This document shows, one piece after another, positions 1 through 11,311 of a stretch of DNA of 64,000 nt. The stretch's first letter is position 1; the number at the start of each line of letters is the position of its first letter. The notes beneath the pieces were generated by a model that made no database searches, was not told the origin of the DNA, and saw only the letters and a program-made list of their open reading frames with translations. Location: assembly GCA_050230475.1 (NCBI GenBank), contig JBFLGF010000183.1, positions 1-64,000 on the forward strand, written 5' to 3'. Source of the DNA: Ancylonema sp. Its lineage: Eukaryota. The translations under genes were made by a program, and so were the position numbers.

Positions 1-99
1 TTACAAAGAGGGTCGTAATATCGAGGGAGCCCTGTACATATCCGGGGAACTCATGATTTCCTCAACGGCTAGCCGGTACACTGTTCGCCACTACCGGTA

Positions 100-551
100 A
101 AGTAAACCCTTGATATAGTGGCACTCGATATAGTGACAATCACTATATAGTGACATTTTTTTTGCCCTTTTTTAAATCCTATATAAAAACCCACTCGATA
201 TAGTGACAAAAACTTTAGTGACACACGTTATAGTGACCAAATTTTCCGAGATTTTACTATTGAGATGTCACTATAGTGAGTGAAACCTATATAAATTAAC
301 GTTGTGAAAATTAATAAGCTTCCAAATCTCATATGAAATAAACTAATGATAAATTAATAACCTATCTGAATTAATATTTTATACCTATCCTAGCATTATT
401 ACTCCAAAAATGTTTTATTGTAGCGGGTAGATATTAGAACAAACACCATATAGATGACCTACCTTTGTCAATAAAAAACTCTGCGCACCCGATGTGGTTG
501 CTCAAAATAACCTTAACTTCATTTCCTTCGATGGAGTTACATCGGCTCAAT
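100..551 (+). mobile_element. pogo/Tc1-mariner-like MITE, 5' portion, interrupted at ~552 (a few bases resume at ~7051-7060)
   Basis: TA at 98-99, then AAGTAAACCCTTGATATAGTG. Colinear with the intact MITE at 24995-25534 up to GGCTCAATG. The next MITE bases TGTCGCCCT reappear at 7052-7060. Repeated GATATAGTGAC motifs. Confidence 0.8.
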
Positions 552-796
552 GTCCATTTTCTCTTTCGTGGAAATTGCAAGAGAAATTAACCGCAAGTCA
601 AGTTGGCAATTAGTTCCCAGGTGGTTATTTTCCTATCAAGTCGGTTACCCGACTTCAACCTGGGAATTCTAGCCGCTTTTCGGTCGCCGCTTTAATGGGA
701 TGTCATACTTACTCTAGTGGCACGTGCGGCACGTGTGTGCCGTACGGTCCCGGCCGGGTATTGACCCGGGTACGGTTGACGCCGCTAGCATGCGGA

Positions 797-1438
797 GTGT
801 CAAAGCAGAAGTCTCTGGGCTACTCAACATACTTCATGCTTTTTGGAAGGAAGCCGATCTTTTAGGCTCGGATCCAGGACGAGGAGGAGAGAGTCTTTAA
901 TGAGACTCAAGGGGTGGAGGCCATGAAAGTGTTCCTAGATAGGAGGGGCCAGATCTTTCAGGAAGTTCTGCCACTGGCATTCAGGAACCTGGCGATTGCC
1001 CAGCAGAGGAATGTGGAGAGATACAAGCTAGTCCGTGGAGGAGGGTGGGATAGGCCAAAGGCGAAGTTCAAGGTTGGTGACTTCGTGCTGCTGAAGCGGC
1101 CAACGGCTAGCTCCCTGGAGGTCAACACGAGGCCACACATCTTGAGGATGGTGGAGCTTAGAGACTCAGGGATAGCAGTTCTTGGGGGTAGAGATGGGAC
1201 GACGATGCAGGAGCAAGTGAAGCACATTGCTCACTACACTGTACCGATGGGGGACAAGAGAGTCTACCCAGAGTTGTATGATCGCGGGGAGACAACACAT
1301 TGCCAGGTTTGTGGGTTGCGGTCCTATCCGAAGCGGATGGTGTTGTGCGACAAGTGTAACCAAGGGTATCACACGTGGTGTTTGACACCACCCCTGGTAG
1401 GAGTGCCGGAGGGAAGCTGGACTTGTCCTCGACACTAG
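797..1438 (+). pseudogene. Truncated Ty3-type integrase C-terminus fused to a PHD finger
   Basis: In frame upstream of the listed ORF: VSKQKSLGYSTYFMLFGRKP (end of integrase core), then TAG at 863-865. Followed by AQQRNVERY..FKVGDFVLLK and PHD C-x2-C..LCDKC..YHTWCLTPPLVGVPEGSWTCPRH. Confidence 0.85.
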
Positions 1439-1480
1439 GTGAGCTACTTACTTCGGAGTGAAGTAATCACAAGAAAATAT

Positions 1481-1797
1481 ACATCGGAACCATGCAATGT
1501 AACAGCGGAACCATTGCATGAAAGAGCATTGAACCCCACATCGGAACCATGCAATGAACAATCGGACACATTGCATGAGAGGGATATGGTGATAATGGTG
1601 TATGCAATGGATTGGCTGATGCCTTTGCCGGAGGTATCGAAGACCTCCATGAGGGGCATGAAGACCTCCATGAGGGGCCAGTGCAATGGATTGGCATGTG
1701 CCAATGCCGGTGGCATTGAAGACCTCCATGAGGGGCAGTTATGCAATGGATTGGCTGTTGCCTTTGCCGGAGGCATTGAAGACCTCCATGAGGGGCA
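1481..1797 (+). repeat. Short tandem arrays in the element 3' non-coding region (~57 bp x2, then ~59 bp x3); also at ~5300-5627
   Basis: ACATCGGAACCATGCAATG occurs twice. TGCAATGGATTGGC..GCCGGAGG..GAAGACCTCCATGAGGGGC occurs three times, plus one partial unit. Confidence 0.8.
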
Positions 1798-2484
1798 ATA
1801 ATCAACTTGCAGGAAGTGTGATTGGTCAACTTCTATGAAGTGTGACACTAACCTAACCTCAATTCACTAAGTCAATAAAAACATTGAGAAGTGAGAGGAG
1901 GTTGGCGCATGAGGCGATGTGGCGCGGAGGCTCAATCAAGTTTGAGGCCTAGAGACCAAAGGTGGATCTGTTGGTGGTAACACACTAAACTTGCGGGAAC
2001 TGGTTTAGGTGTGGGTGATTTGACCAAATCCTCTAGATAAGTGTGGGGTGAGGGGCTAGCTACCCCAAACCCACCAATATCTTGGAGGAGTAGGTGTTCT
2101 ATAACCATTGTGCAAACGGTGTTTGGCAATGATGGGATTCTCGGTGATTACAAAATTTTCTCGGTGATTTGCCGAGCCGGGGTCGCGGGAGCTTTTCCCC
2201 GGTCTTGGGGGGGGGAGTGAGCATTAATTTGAAGCGCGTTGTGATCGCGCGAGTTTGGCGGCACCCGCATGCCGTCTAGGCGCGGTGATGGGGAGCGGCG
2301 CTCGGTAACTGCATGCCGTCTAGGCGCGGTTATGCGAGTACGGAGTGTGCCTAGGGAGATGGCCTTGCTATGTGATAGCTTGTACGGTCGAGTGGACCTT
2401 TTTATAGTCACGATGTGTACGATGTGCCTATACGGTGTAGTGCTTGCACGTGTAGCCGTACACGATCGATAAAGGTACGACAGC

Positions 2485-3526
2485 TGTCATACTTATTCTA
2501 GTCGCACGTGCGGCACGTGTGTGCCGTACGGTCCCGGCCGGGTATTGACCCGGGCGGTTGACGCCGCTAGCATGCGGTCTGCAGTAGGGCGGTAGGGCTG
2601 AGGGCTGGGGTATTTATTTGTTCGCGATATAGCGGCAGCGGACGGGAGCCCGCAGGGGCCCGTCGAAATATTTATTGTACAATTGTTTGTTTTTTGTTAT
2701 GATATTCGATTGCTGTAGCGGGGATACGGCGGAAGTAGTTTGGCGGAAGTATGGAATACAGGATTGACTTCCGCGCCCGTATTATTTGTGTTCGACATAG
2801 CGGCCGTCAATCGGCCGCGAAACGTGGCCGTGCCCGACTCCCGGGTTGAGGGGCCATGTAGTGACATGCTGGCAGTAATGTGACTGGCCGATTGTGATCG
2901 TATTCGATTACGACCAAGGATAGAATATGCTTGGACTGAATGCGTTCGATCGGACGCATGCGTACGGCGTAGATTACATTCTAACGTACGGATAGTACAA
3001 GTGAGTCGGAAGTGCCTTGTTGGACTTTCGGACTATGTATTCTGATGCTTGAGTACTCTGGCTGCATTACGCCAGAGTGCATACCAACTAATCTTTGACA
3101 AGAGCGGTGACGTGTCTTTTTGTGATTACGTTGAGCTTTGACTATGGTGTTGTTAAAGGCTGATATCGTTGAGCGGATGCTGACTATTGTAGCGGTGATC
3201 ATTTGCTGCGTACAATAGTGCGTTCGACGCGTCCGGAGACAGCGTTAGATATCTTGCCCAGTACGTTAGTGGGCATTAATTTGAAGCGCGTTGTGATCGC
3301 GCGAGTTGCGGCACCGCATGCCGTCTAGGCGCGGTGATGGGGAGCGGTGCTCGGTAACTGCATGCCGTCTAGGCGCGGTTATGCGAGTACGGAGTGTGCC
3401 TAGGGAGATGGCCTTGCTATGTGATGGCTTGTACGGTCGAGTGGACCTTGTTATAGTCACGATGTGTACGGTGTGCCTATACGGTGTATGCACGTGTAGC
3501 CGTACACGATCGATATAGGTACGACA
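2485..3526. repeat. 1042-bp LTR-like unit (TGTCATAC..GTACGACA) abutting the preceding element end through a 2-bp GC spacer
   Basis: Begins with repeat A, ends with repeat B, TG..CA termini, no convincing ORF. Absent from the duplicate copy. Confidence 0.7.
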
Positions 3527-4519
3527 GGGAACCTTTGTAAGCCCACAAAACGTTTTTCTGGCCGAATTTGCGCGTGTAAACTAAATTACGAGAATTTCCC
3601 AAGAAAAATAATCATTACGCGTACGATCTGGGGCGGTTCTTAATATCTTGCTGGGATGTCTCCTAGAAACATGATCGGTCATTACATTCCTTGTAAAAAT
3701 TTTGTCGTCTTCCTACCTTTTGTCAAAAAGTAATCATACTAGCACAACTTCCCAGGTTCCCAGGGGAAACACCGTGAGCGGGTCTCAAGCTTCCTTGGTC
3801 GTCCCACCCATGGAATTCCCACGCGTTCCCGGCACTGATTGGTCGTTGAGAGGCGTTTCACCTCCCAACGGCCAATCCGCAACGGGCGCGAGACATAATG
3901 CCGATGGCCCGTCGACGTCGACAATTTCACTGCCATCGAAAACAGATTTCTGGAGATGGTCCGGTCCGGATGTGGCCAAATTATCTACGGTAAGCCACCA
4001 TATAAAAACCCACTCGATATAGTGACAAAAACTTTAGTGACACACGTTATAGTGACCAAATTTTCCGAGATTTTACTATTGAGATGTCACTATAGTGAGT
4101 GAAACCTATATAAATTAACGTTGTGAAAATTAATAAGCTTCCAAATCTCATATGAAATAAACTAATGATAAATTAATAACCTATCTGAATTAATATTTTA
4201 TACCTATCCTAGCATTATTACTCCAAAAATGTTTTATTGTAGCGGGTAGATATTAGAACAAACACCATATAGATGACCTACCTTTGTCAATAAAAAACTC
4301 TGCGCACCCGATGTGGTTGCTCAAAATAACCTTAACTTCATTTCCTTCGATGGAGTTACATCGGCTCAATGTCCATTTTCTCTTTCGTGGAAATTGCAAG
4401 AGAAATTAACCGCAAGTCAAGTTGGCAATTAGTTCCCAGGTGGTTATTTTCCTATCAAGTCGGTTACCCGACTTCAACCTGGGAATTCTAGCCGCTTTTC
4501 GGTCGCCGCTTTAATGGGA

Positions 4520-6305
4520 TGTCATACTTACTCTAGTGGCACGTGCGGCACGTGTGTGCCGTACGGTCCCGGCCGAGTATTGACCCGGGTACGGTTGACG
4601 CCGCTAGCATGCGGAGTGTCAAAGCAGAAGTCTCTGGGCTACTCAACATACTTCATGCTTTTTGGAAGGAAGCCGATCTTTTAGGCTCGGATCCAGGACG
4701 AGGAGGAGAGAGTCTTTAATGAGACTCAAGGGGTGGAGGCCATGAAAGTGTTCCTAGATAGGAGGGGCCAGATCTTTCAGGAAGTTCTGCCACTGGCATT
4801 CAGGAACCTGGCGATTGCCCAGCAGAGGAATGTGGAGAGATACAAGCTAGTCCGTGGAGGAGGGTGGGATAGGCCAAAGGCGAAGTTCAAGGTTGGTGAC
4901 TTCGTGCTGCTGAAGCGGCCAACGGCTAGCTCCCTGGAGGTCAACACGAGGCCACACATCTTGAGGATGGTGGAGCTTAGAGACTCAGGGATAGCAGTTC
5001 TTGGGGGTAGAGATGGGACGACAATGCAAGAGCAAGTGAAGCACAGTGCTCACTGCACTGTACCGGTGGGAGACAAGAGAGTCTACCCGGAGTTGTATGA
5101 TCGCGGGGAGACATCACATTGCCGGGTTTGTGGGTTGCGGTCCTACCCGAAGCGGATGGTGTTGTGCGACAAGTGTAACCAAGGGTATCACACGTGGTGT
5201 TTGACACCACCCCTGGTAGGAGTGCCGGAGGGAAGCTGGACTTTTCCTCGACACTAGGTGAGCTACTTACTTCAGAGTGAAGTAGTCACAAAAGACTCTA
5301 CATCGGAACCATGCAATGTAACAGCGGAACCATTGCATGAAAGAGCATTGAACCCCACATCGGAACCATGCAATGAAACATCGGACACATTGTATGAGAG
5401 GGATATGGTGATAATGGTGTTCCATATCACAGATATGCAATGGATTGGCTGATGCCATTGCCGGAGGTATCTAAGACCTCCATGAGGGGCATGAAGACCT
5501 CCATGAGGAGAAAGTGCAATGGATTGGCATGTGCCAATGCCGGAGGCATTGAAGGCCTCCTGAGGGGCATTTATGCAATGAATTGGCTGATGCCTTTGCC
5601 GAGGCATTCAAGACCTCATAAGGGGCAATAATCATTCCTGCAGGACGTGTGATTGGTCAACTTCTATGAGAAGTGTGACACACACCAACCTAACCTCATT
5701 TCACTAAGTCAATAAAAACATTGAGAAGTGAGAGGAGGTTGGCGCATGTGGCGCGAAGGCTCAATCAAGTTTGAGGCCTAGAGACCAAAGGTGAATTGGA
5801 TCCTTTGGTGGTAACACACTAAACTTGCGGGAACTTGTTTGGGTGTTGACCAACTCCTCTAGATAAGTGTGGGGTGAGGGGCTAGCTACCCCAAACCCAC
5901 CAATATCTTGGAGGAGTAGGTGTTCTAACCATTGTGCAAACGGTAGTTGGCAATGATGGGAAGTGCAGATCAAACACAAATTTTCTCGGTGATTTACCAA
6001 GCCGGGGTTGCGGGAGCTTTTCCCCGTCTTGGGGGGGGGAGTGAGCATTAATTTGAAGCGCGTTGTGGTCGCGCGAGTTGCGGCACTGCATGCCGTCTAG
6101 GCGCGGTGATGGGGAGCGGTGCTCGGTAACTGCATGCCGTCTAGGCGCGGTTATGCGAGTACGGAGTGTGCCTAGGGAGATGGTCTTGCTATGTATAGCT
6201 TGTACGACGGTCGAGTGGACCTTGTTATAGTCACGATGTGTACGGTGTGCCTACACACTGTAGTGCTTGCACGTGTAGCCGTACACGATCGATATAGGTA
6301 CGACA
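4520..6305 (+). mobile_element. Integrase-PHD element, copy 2 (A..B only)
   Basis: TGTCATAC at 4520, GTACGACA ending at 6305, GGGA on both sides. Polypurine tract 6031-6041, then repeat B 6042-6305. Confidence 0.8.
4616..5257 (+). pseudogene. Duplicate integrase C-terminus/PHD remnant
   Basis: Same reading frame and same upstream TAG (4682-4684) as copy 1. One PHD cysteine is changed to Phe (WTFPRH). Confidence 0.85.
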
Positions 6306-7065
6306 GGGAACCTTTGTAAGCCCACAAAACGTTTTTCTGGCCGAATTTGCGCGTGTAAACTAAATTACGAGAATTTCCCAAGAAAAATAATCATTACGCG
6401 TACGATCTGGGGCGGTTCTTAATATCTTGCTGGGATGTCTCCTAGAAACATGATCGGTCATTACATTCCTTGTAAAAATTTTGTCGTCTTCCTACCTTTT
6501 GTCAAAAAGTAATCATACTAGCACAACTTCCCAGGTTCCCAGGGGAAACACCGTGAGCGGGTCTCAAGCTTCCTTGGTCGTCCCACCCATGGAATTCCCA
6601 CGCGTTCCCGCACTGATTGGTCGTTGAGAGGCGTTTCACCTCCCAACGGCCAATCCGCAACGGGCGCGAGACATAATGCCGATGGCCCGTCGACGTCGAC
6701 AATTTCACTGCCATCGAAAACAGATTTCTGGAGATGGTCCGGTCCGGATGTGGCCAAATTATCTACGGTAAGCCACCTTGAGTATAATGCGTTGACAACA
6801 TAAACGGCACGGCGTATCGCACGTCCAAGAATGAATTTCTAGTCGCGGATCCATTCGTGCGGGCGAGGACAACGACAAATAGCACTGTTCGTGAACTTTA
6901 ATAACTAGAGAAATCCTCTCTACATTAAAAAAACACATCAAACTTGGTAAACTGGGAACATATTTTTCGCGACGTACCAAGAGAAAAGATCTTCGAGTTC
7001 GGAATGATTAATATATTCCCAGGTAGTTACCATGAAAGAGAAAATGGCCATTGTCGCCCTATCGA

Positions 7066-8439
7066 ATGTCATTACATAGTGTCAAAGCTGACACTTCGAC
7101 TCGCTGTCCGTCCTCGCAATGTGGCAGGTTAGAGTTCCGGTCTTGGTTTTCAATCGGCAATCAGGAATCGAGTCAGTTGCAAAAGTTCGAGGAGAGTCCG
7201 GATGATCTCAATAAACGGGAGTCGGACGCGGATGGGTCAAGAACAGTAGGCAGAGGAGGATCGAGGAAAAGCGAGAAAGGGGGTGAGGGGCTTCAAAAGG
7301 TCGAGAGACGGGAAAAAACATATCCTACGCCTGTAGAGAGTACTGGTTCAGAGTGTGAGGGTGGGCTGGGGTCTCATAGTGAGGAAGATTGGGGAAATGT
7401 GCCCAAGAAGGCGGTGAAAAAGAATGTAATTCTGAAGATGTGCAAAATAGTGAGGGCAAGCACTGGTAGCAAGCTGAGTGCATGTGGGGAAGCTAATGTT
7501 AGAGTGCTACTGGCCCTGGGAGCCAATGAGCAGCAAGTGGTGACGGTATTCAGACAGCACCCCAAGCTTCAATCAGAAGTAGTCGCTCCATTCTTGCTGA
7601 GGTCTGCACGACTATTTCATGACTTCGCCATTGGCGCACACATGCTTCTGAAAGTGATCGTAAAGCTGTGCCGTACGGGGAACCGGACAAACATGTTGAT
7701 TCGCTCTACCACCAACGGGCACAAGCAAGTCCTCACTTTCCTTCGTGACGAGATAGGGGTGAAGGAGTTGGGGAAGGTGGTGACAGCACAGCCGACCCTC
7801 CTCGCACATTCCATTCAAGTTGTTCAGGATAATGTGAGTACTCTAGAGTCTCTAGGGGTGGTAGTGGACAGTGCATTCGTGGAAAAGTTTTCCAGTGTCC
7901 TTTTAATCAATTCGGAGTCGTTAAGGAAGAGAGCCCAAGCCCTGGATTTGGCTTTGGGTCCTGGAATATACGTAAAACAACCAATTCTTTTAAATGTGAG
8001 TAGAGAGAGTGTGCCAAAGAGGGTGGCAAATCTGAAAGCCGTAGTGGGCGAGGCCCTGCCAGTTAGGGAGTTGCTTGTGAAAAACCCGAGCATCTTGATA
8101 GCTCGGGAAGAAACGGTGAGGGAGACGTGGTGCAACTTAATAGAAATGTTTGGCAAAGAGGAAGTTGTGCGTCGTGTGCGGAGTTCACCCCACATCTTGG
8201 CTTGCAACTGGCAGACGTTGCACCCCAAGTTGGAAGTTTTGAAGAGTGAACGGTTCAGCAGAGGGGACATGCTTACTTGTTTGCACAATATCGCATTCCT
8301 AAGTTTGGACGGTACCATAAAGCCTCGTATAGAAATTGCTTTTCAAAGTGGTAGACTACAAGCAGGAAGCATTAGGTTAAGTACACTCTTGTGTAATACG
8401 AGTAAGTTCAACAAAATATTTGGCATCAAGTTGTTGTAG
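7066..8439 (+). CDS. mTERF-family protein (mitochondrial transcription termination factor repeats), apparently intronless
   Basis: Long open ORF with first ATG at 7066. Repeated mTERF-like units: ELGKVVTAQPTLLAHSI, ELLVKNPSILIAREETVR, RVRSSPHILACNWQTLHPKLEVL, FLSLDGTIKPRI. True start uncertain. Confidence 0.8.
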   Translation: MSLHSVKADTSTRCPSSQCGRLEFRSWFSIGNQESSQLQKFEESPDDLNKRESDADGSRTVGRGGSRKSEKGGEGLQKVERREKTYPTPVESTGSECEGGLGSHSEEDWGNVPKKAVKKNVILKMCKIVRASTGSKLSACGEANVRVLLALGANEQQVVTVFRQHPKLQSEVVAPFLLRSARLFHDFAIGAHMLLKVIVKLCRTGNRTNMLIRSTTNGHKQVLTFLRDEIGVKELGKVVTAQPTLLAHSIQVVQDNVSTLESLGVVVDSAFVEKFSSVLLINSESLRKRAQALDLALGPGIYVKQPILLNVSRESVPKRVANLKAVVGEALPVRELLVKNPSILIAREETVRETWCNLIEMFGKEEVVRRVRSSPHILACNWQTLHPKLEVLKSERFSRGDMLTCLHNIAFLSLDGTIKPRIEIAFQSGRLQAGSIRLSTLLCNTSKFNKIFGIKLL

Positions 8440-8949
8440 GATCACATCATTGCTGAGCTTGATACTTGCTGATCACTTAGTAGGAAATGACTTATGATGA
8501 TTGGTTTTCTTCTTCTGGCTAAAGGGGAAGAGGGCATTAGAGAATTAGGGAGTCACAGGTCTGCGTAGGCCAGGATAAAGTACAAAGGGAGGACTTGCGA
8601 AATGAAAGTTAACTCTCACGATCAAGGGCGGGGCGGCCATGCCTGCTTGCGGAAAAATATTGATGGTGGTCGTGCACCCCTCCCCTCCCTCTCAGCCCTC
8701 CCGTCGCCTCTTGTCACCCGTCACCCCCCCCCCCTTGGTGCGCTACTGCTAAGTGTGAAGGAATGGAGAAGGGCGGTTGGTGAAGGAAGTGAAGATGACT
8801 AGTGGTGAGATGACGATGGGAATATTGATATGAATTATTCATTATGATTTCTTCAAAGTATTTGTGTTGGGGATTTCCAGCCTTGCTTGATAAGACTTGC
8901 TCGGATCAGGGGTTTGCTATTGTATCTTGCAATAGGATGCATGCATTCA

Positions 8950-9340
8950 CTTAACCGGGAAGTAAATAGTCCAGCACACACGGGCCGAAATCAGAGTCTG
9001 GCTTTTCTTTTTTGATGTTTGTATTTGCCAATCAGAGGAAGTGGAGAGGTTTCCATTCTCCAACAGAATGAGGGAGCCAGGCGTGGGAGTAATTAAGCCA
9101 ATCAATGGACGGATTGTAGCTGGCGTTGCGCCTAGTGAGTGGTGAGATCACAACCCTCTCATGAACCCTGATGGCACTCTAAGCTTCTATTCATCTGCCA
9201 CCTGGCGCGTTGTTTGCAGGCAACCGGTGCCACTCCTCGTGCGCAGCTGCCCCTCGTGACCCGCTCCTTCTAGTCAGCTGGCAATCTCCTGCGCCCCCCA
9301 AGCTGCCCGGATGGACATGGAAGGGTGAATGAATCGGGGG
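8950..9340 (-). repeat. Diverged dispersed repeat homologous to 62950-63600 (probable decayed retroelement)
   Basis: Reverse complement reads GGCACCGGTTGCCTGCAAACAACGCGCCAGGTGGCAGATGAATAGAAGCTTAGAGTGCCA, matching GGCACAGGTGGCCTGCATACAAGCGCCAGGTGG..CAGAAGCTCGGAGTGCCA near 63265. A second block GATTGGCA..CAGACTC matches ~63530. Confidence 0.6.
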
Positions 9341-11311
9341 AAGTGGGTGGATAGAAAGTGATTAGCAACAATGGATGATAGTTTTGTGAGAAAGGGGTGT
9401 TGGGGAGAATGGGATAGGTTGTAAGGGTGATGGACATATCCCCTCCTCCAAATATCACTTGATGAATGATGTGAAGGGGTGAAGGAGAAGGTGGGATGGG
9501 GAGGGACTAGCTTGTCAGATTGCAGAGCTCAGAGGACGCCGTGGAAGTATGTAAGAGTATAAGTTGAGGAGGTTCTTGGTAGGGAGGAGTGGAGAGGAGG
9601 GAGGGAGCACGAGGAAAGAGGCTCTATGCAAGGTGTAAAGATCCAAAGGTAGCAAAGGGGGATAACAGGGTGACATGGTCGGTGAGAAGAAGATACGTTC
9701 TAAAGAGGGGAGGCGATGAAGATTTATGGAAGACAAGTATCATACCATCAAGACACTAAGAATGGTCGCAAATTACAGTATCTAATGTAGGGACAACTCT
9801 TCCCTCCACAATTGTTTTTGGTATTCCTCTTTAACCACCGACTTGATGGGAGTGGCATTTTGTGCACCCTCACAAATGAACTAACTTGATTTAAGCAACC
9901 GAAATTCCAAGCATACTTTAAATACTATATATACACGAGTACCACCATTATGTAGTAAATGCTTGGATCGAGCGTATCGAGTGTGAGTCTCCTTAACGGA
10001 GTTGCGTATGGTTTTTGGCTCTCCTATGGTGTTCGTTATAAACCTTTCGGTGTTGTTTTGAGTAGTATCGATGTATTCTACCCAATCCTCTTGTAACTTA
10101 TCGAAACCCATCGTTGTCTCCACCGCATTTTACACAAAAAATGCAAATTTTATCGAACTTGAACATATCACACAAATTACAAAGCGCAAAAAATTGGAAG
10201 GAACATACCTACAACATATACTTCGTAACATCGCAACACACCCAAGTGTAAAAATGTTCAAACTCTTCTCGCCTTCCCTGGTCATTTGCATTGAATTCAC
10301 ATGGGGTTCACGTTATATCATTGATATTATTTATTCTTATTTATTGTTTATCAATTTGTGTTTCCTATTTCTGCTTTCCTCTTTACCTTGTCCTCTTTTC
10401 TATTTCCTCTTTCCTTCTTCCTCATCTTTCTTCTCTCTTCTTTCTTTCCTCCTTGCTCTTTCCTCTTTTGATATTTTTCTTTCTTAAATTGGCTCGCGCA
10501 AACACGATGGATCGCGAAACGTAAATTGAATTTGAGTGGCGCAATGCGTTGAGGCATCAAAACCGATTGGTTATTCGTTTGGCGCATACTTCAAGCATTT
10601 TTTAATGTAAGGACGTGAATGGAATTCATGTGCTTATACAAGAAACCTCTATATATTTATCGATTCTCGATGTTACGACAACCTTGACGTGACGAGAGTG
10701 TTTTGATTTTCATTTGAATCATAGACAAAAGCTCCCTCGAGATAATGCATAACACCCTCTATATATTGATACCCAATATTCTACAAATTTCCTATACGGT
10801 GGAGAATTACGACGCTTCTCGAACTTCTCTACGGGATTGTCATTTTGGCAAACGATCTCTGAGCGACTCATCCAACTTGGATAGCACTTGATGCTTGTAA
10901 GTTTATTATTTTACATAATATATACTAATGCTAAGGACTTACGCACATATATGTGTGAATGTTGATAAATAAGCATTTGATTAAATTCACGTCTTGTTGA
11001 AGATTTTCCATAACACTTCAATAATTGAACTTCAATACCTATCTCAATAATATTGAGATAGTTCTTTCATCGATACTTACATATTGAAATATCATGTTAT
11101 AGAGGGGGGGGGGGGGGCATCTATAAACATTTTGAAACAAATTAACTCGATTAGTAGTTTTATGATAACATACAAACTATAACCAAATCATTCTCAAAAA
11201 GATCGTCAAGCATGGAACGTGTGTATCGTTCATGTAGATGCATGATCCGAAGGCATTCTCTGATTAGAAATGAGCGGATTGGAGGAGTTATCTTCAAGTA
11301 AAGTCGAGAAC

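Larger units (their letters stand above)
701..3526 (+). mobile_element. Internally deleted Ty3/gypsy-type (or Ginger-like) integrase-PHD element, copy 1, with A..B-A..B repeat layout
   Basis: Termini TGTCATAC (701) and GTACGACA (3526) are imperfect inverted repeats flanked by a GGGA 4-bp direct repeat (697-700, 3527-3530). Repeat A at 701-795 and 2485-2577; repeat B at 2218-2482 and 3270-3526. G9AG polypurine tract at 2207-2217. Contains an integrase-PHD ORF. Confidence 0.8.
181..6777. repeat. Tandem segmental duplication: copy 1 = 181-3999, copy 2 = 4000-6777
   Basis: ATATAAAAACCCACTCG restarts at 4000, directly after TAAGCCACC, and copy 2 ends at the same TAAGCCACC (6777). The copies are near-identical apart from scattered substitutions and indels and ~1 kb present only in copy 1. 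Confidence 0.9.
552..7049. mobile_element. Non-autonomous TIR DNA element (possibly PIF/Harbinger-like) inserted in the pogo MITE and itself hosting the Ty3 remnant
   Basis: Left end GTCCATTTTCTCTTTCGTGG (552; repeated at ~4371 in the duplicate) is the inverted match of right end CCATGAAAGAGAAAATGGCC (7030-7049). Flanks are AAT and ATT, so the TSD is not resolved. Superfamily is inferred only from the GGCC terminus. Confidence 0.6.

Noticed and set aside
1601..1797. Regularly spaced repeats as a CRISPR-like or guide array
   Set aside because: The units are repeated end to end with no unique spacers, no nuclease gene is nearby, and they lie inside a retroelement.
10071..10487. 138-aa ORF with hydrophobic tail
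   Set aside because: The hydrophobicity comes from a CT-rich low-complexity tract; no family motif.
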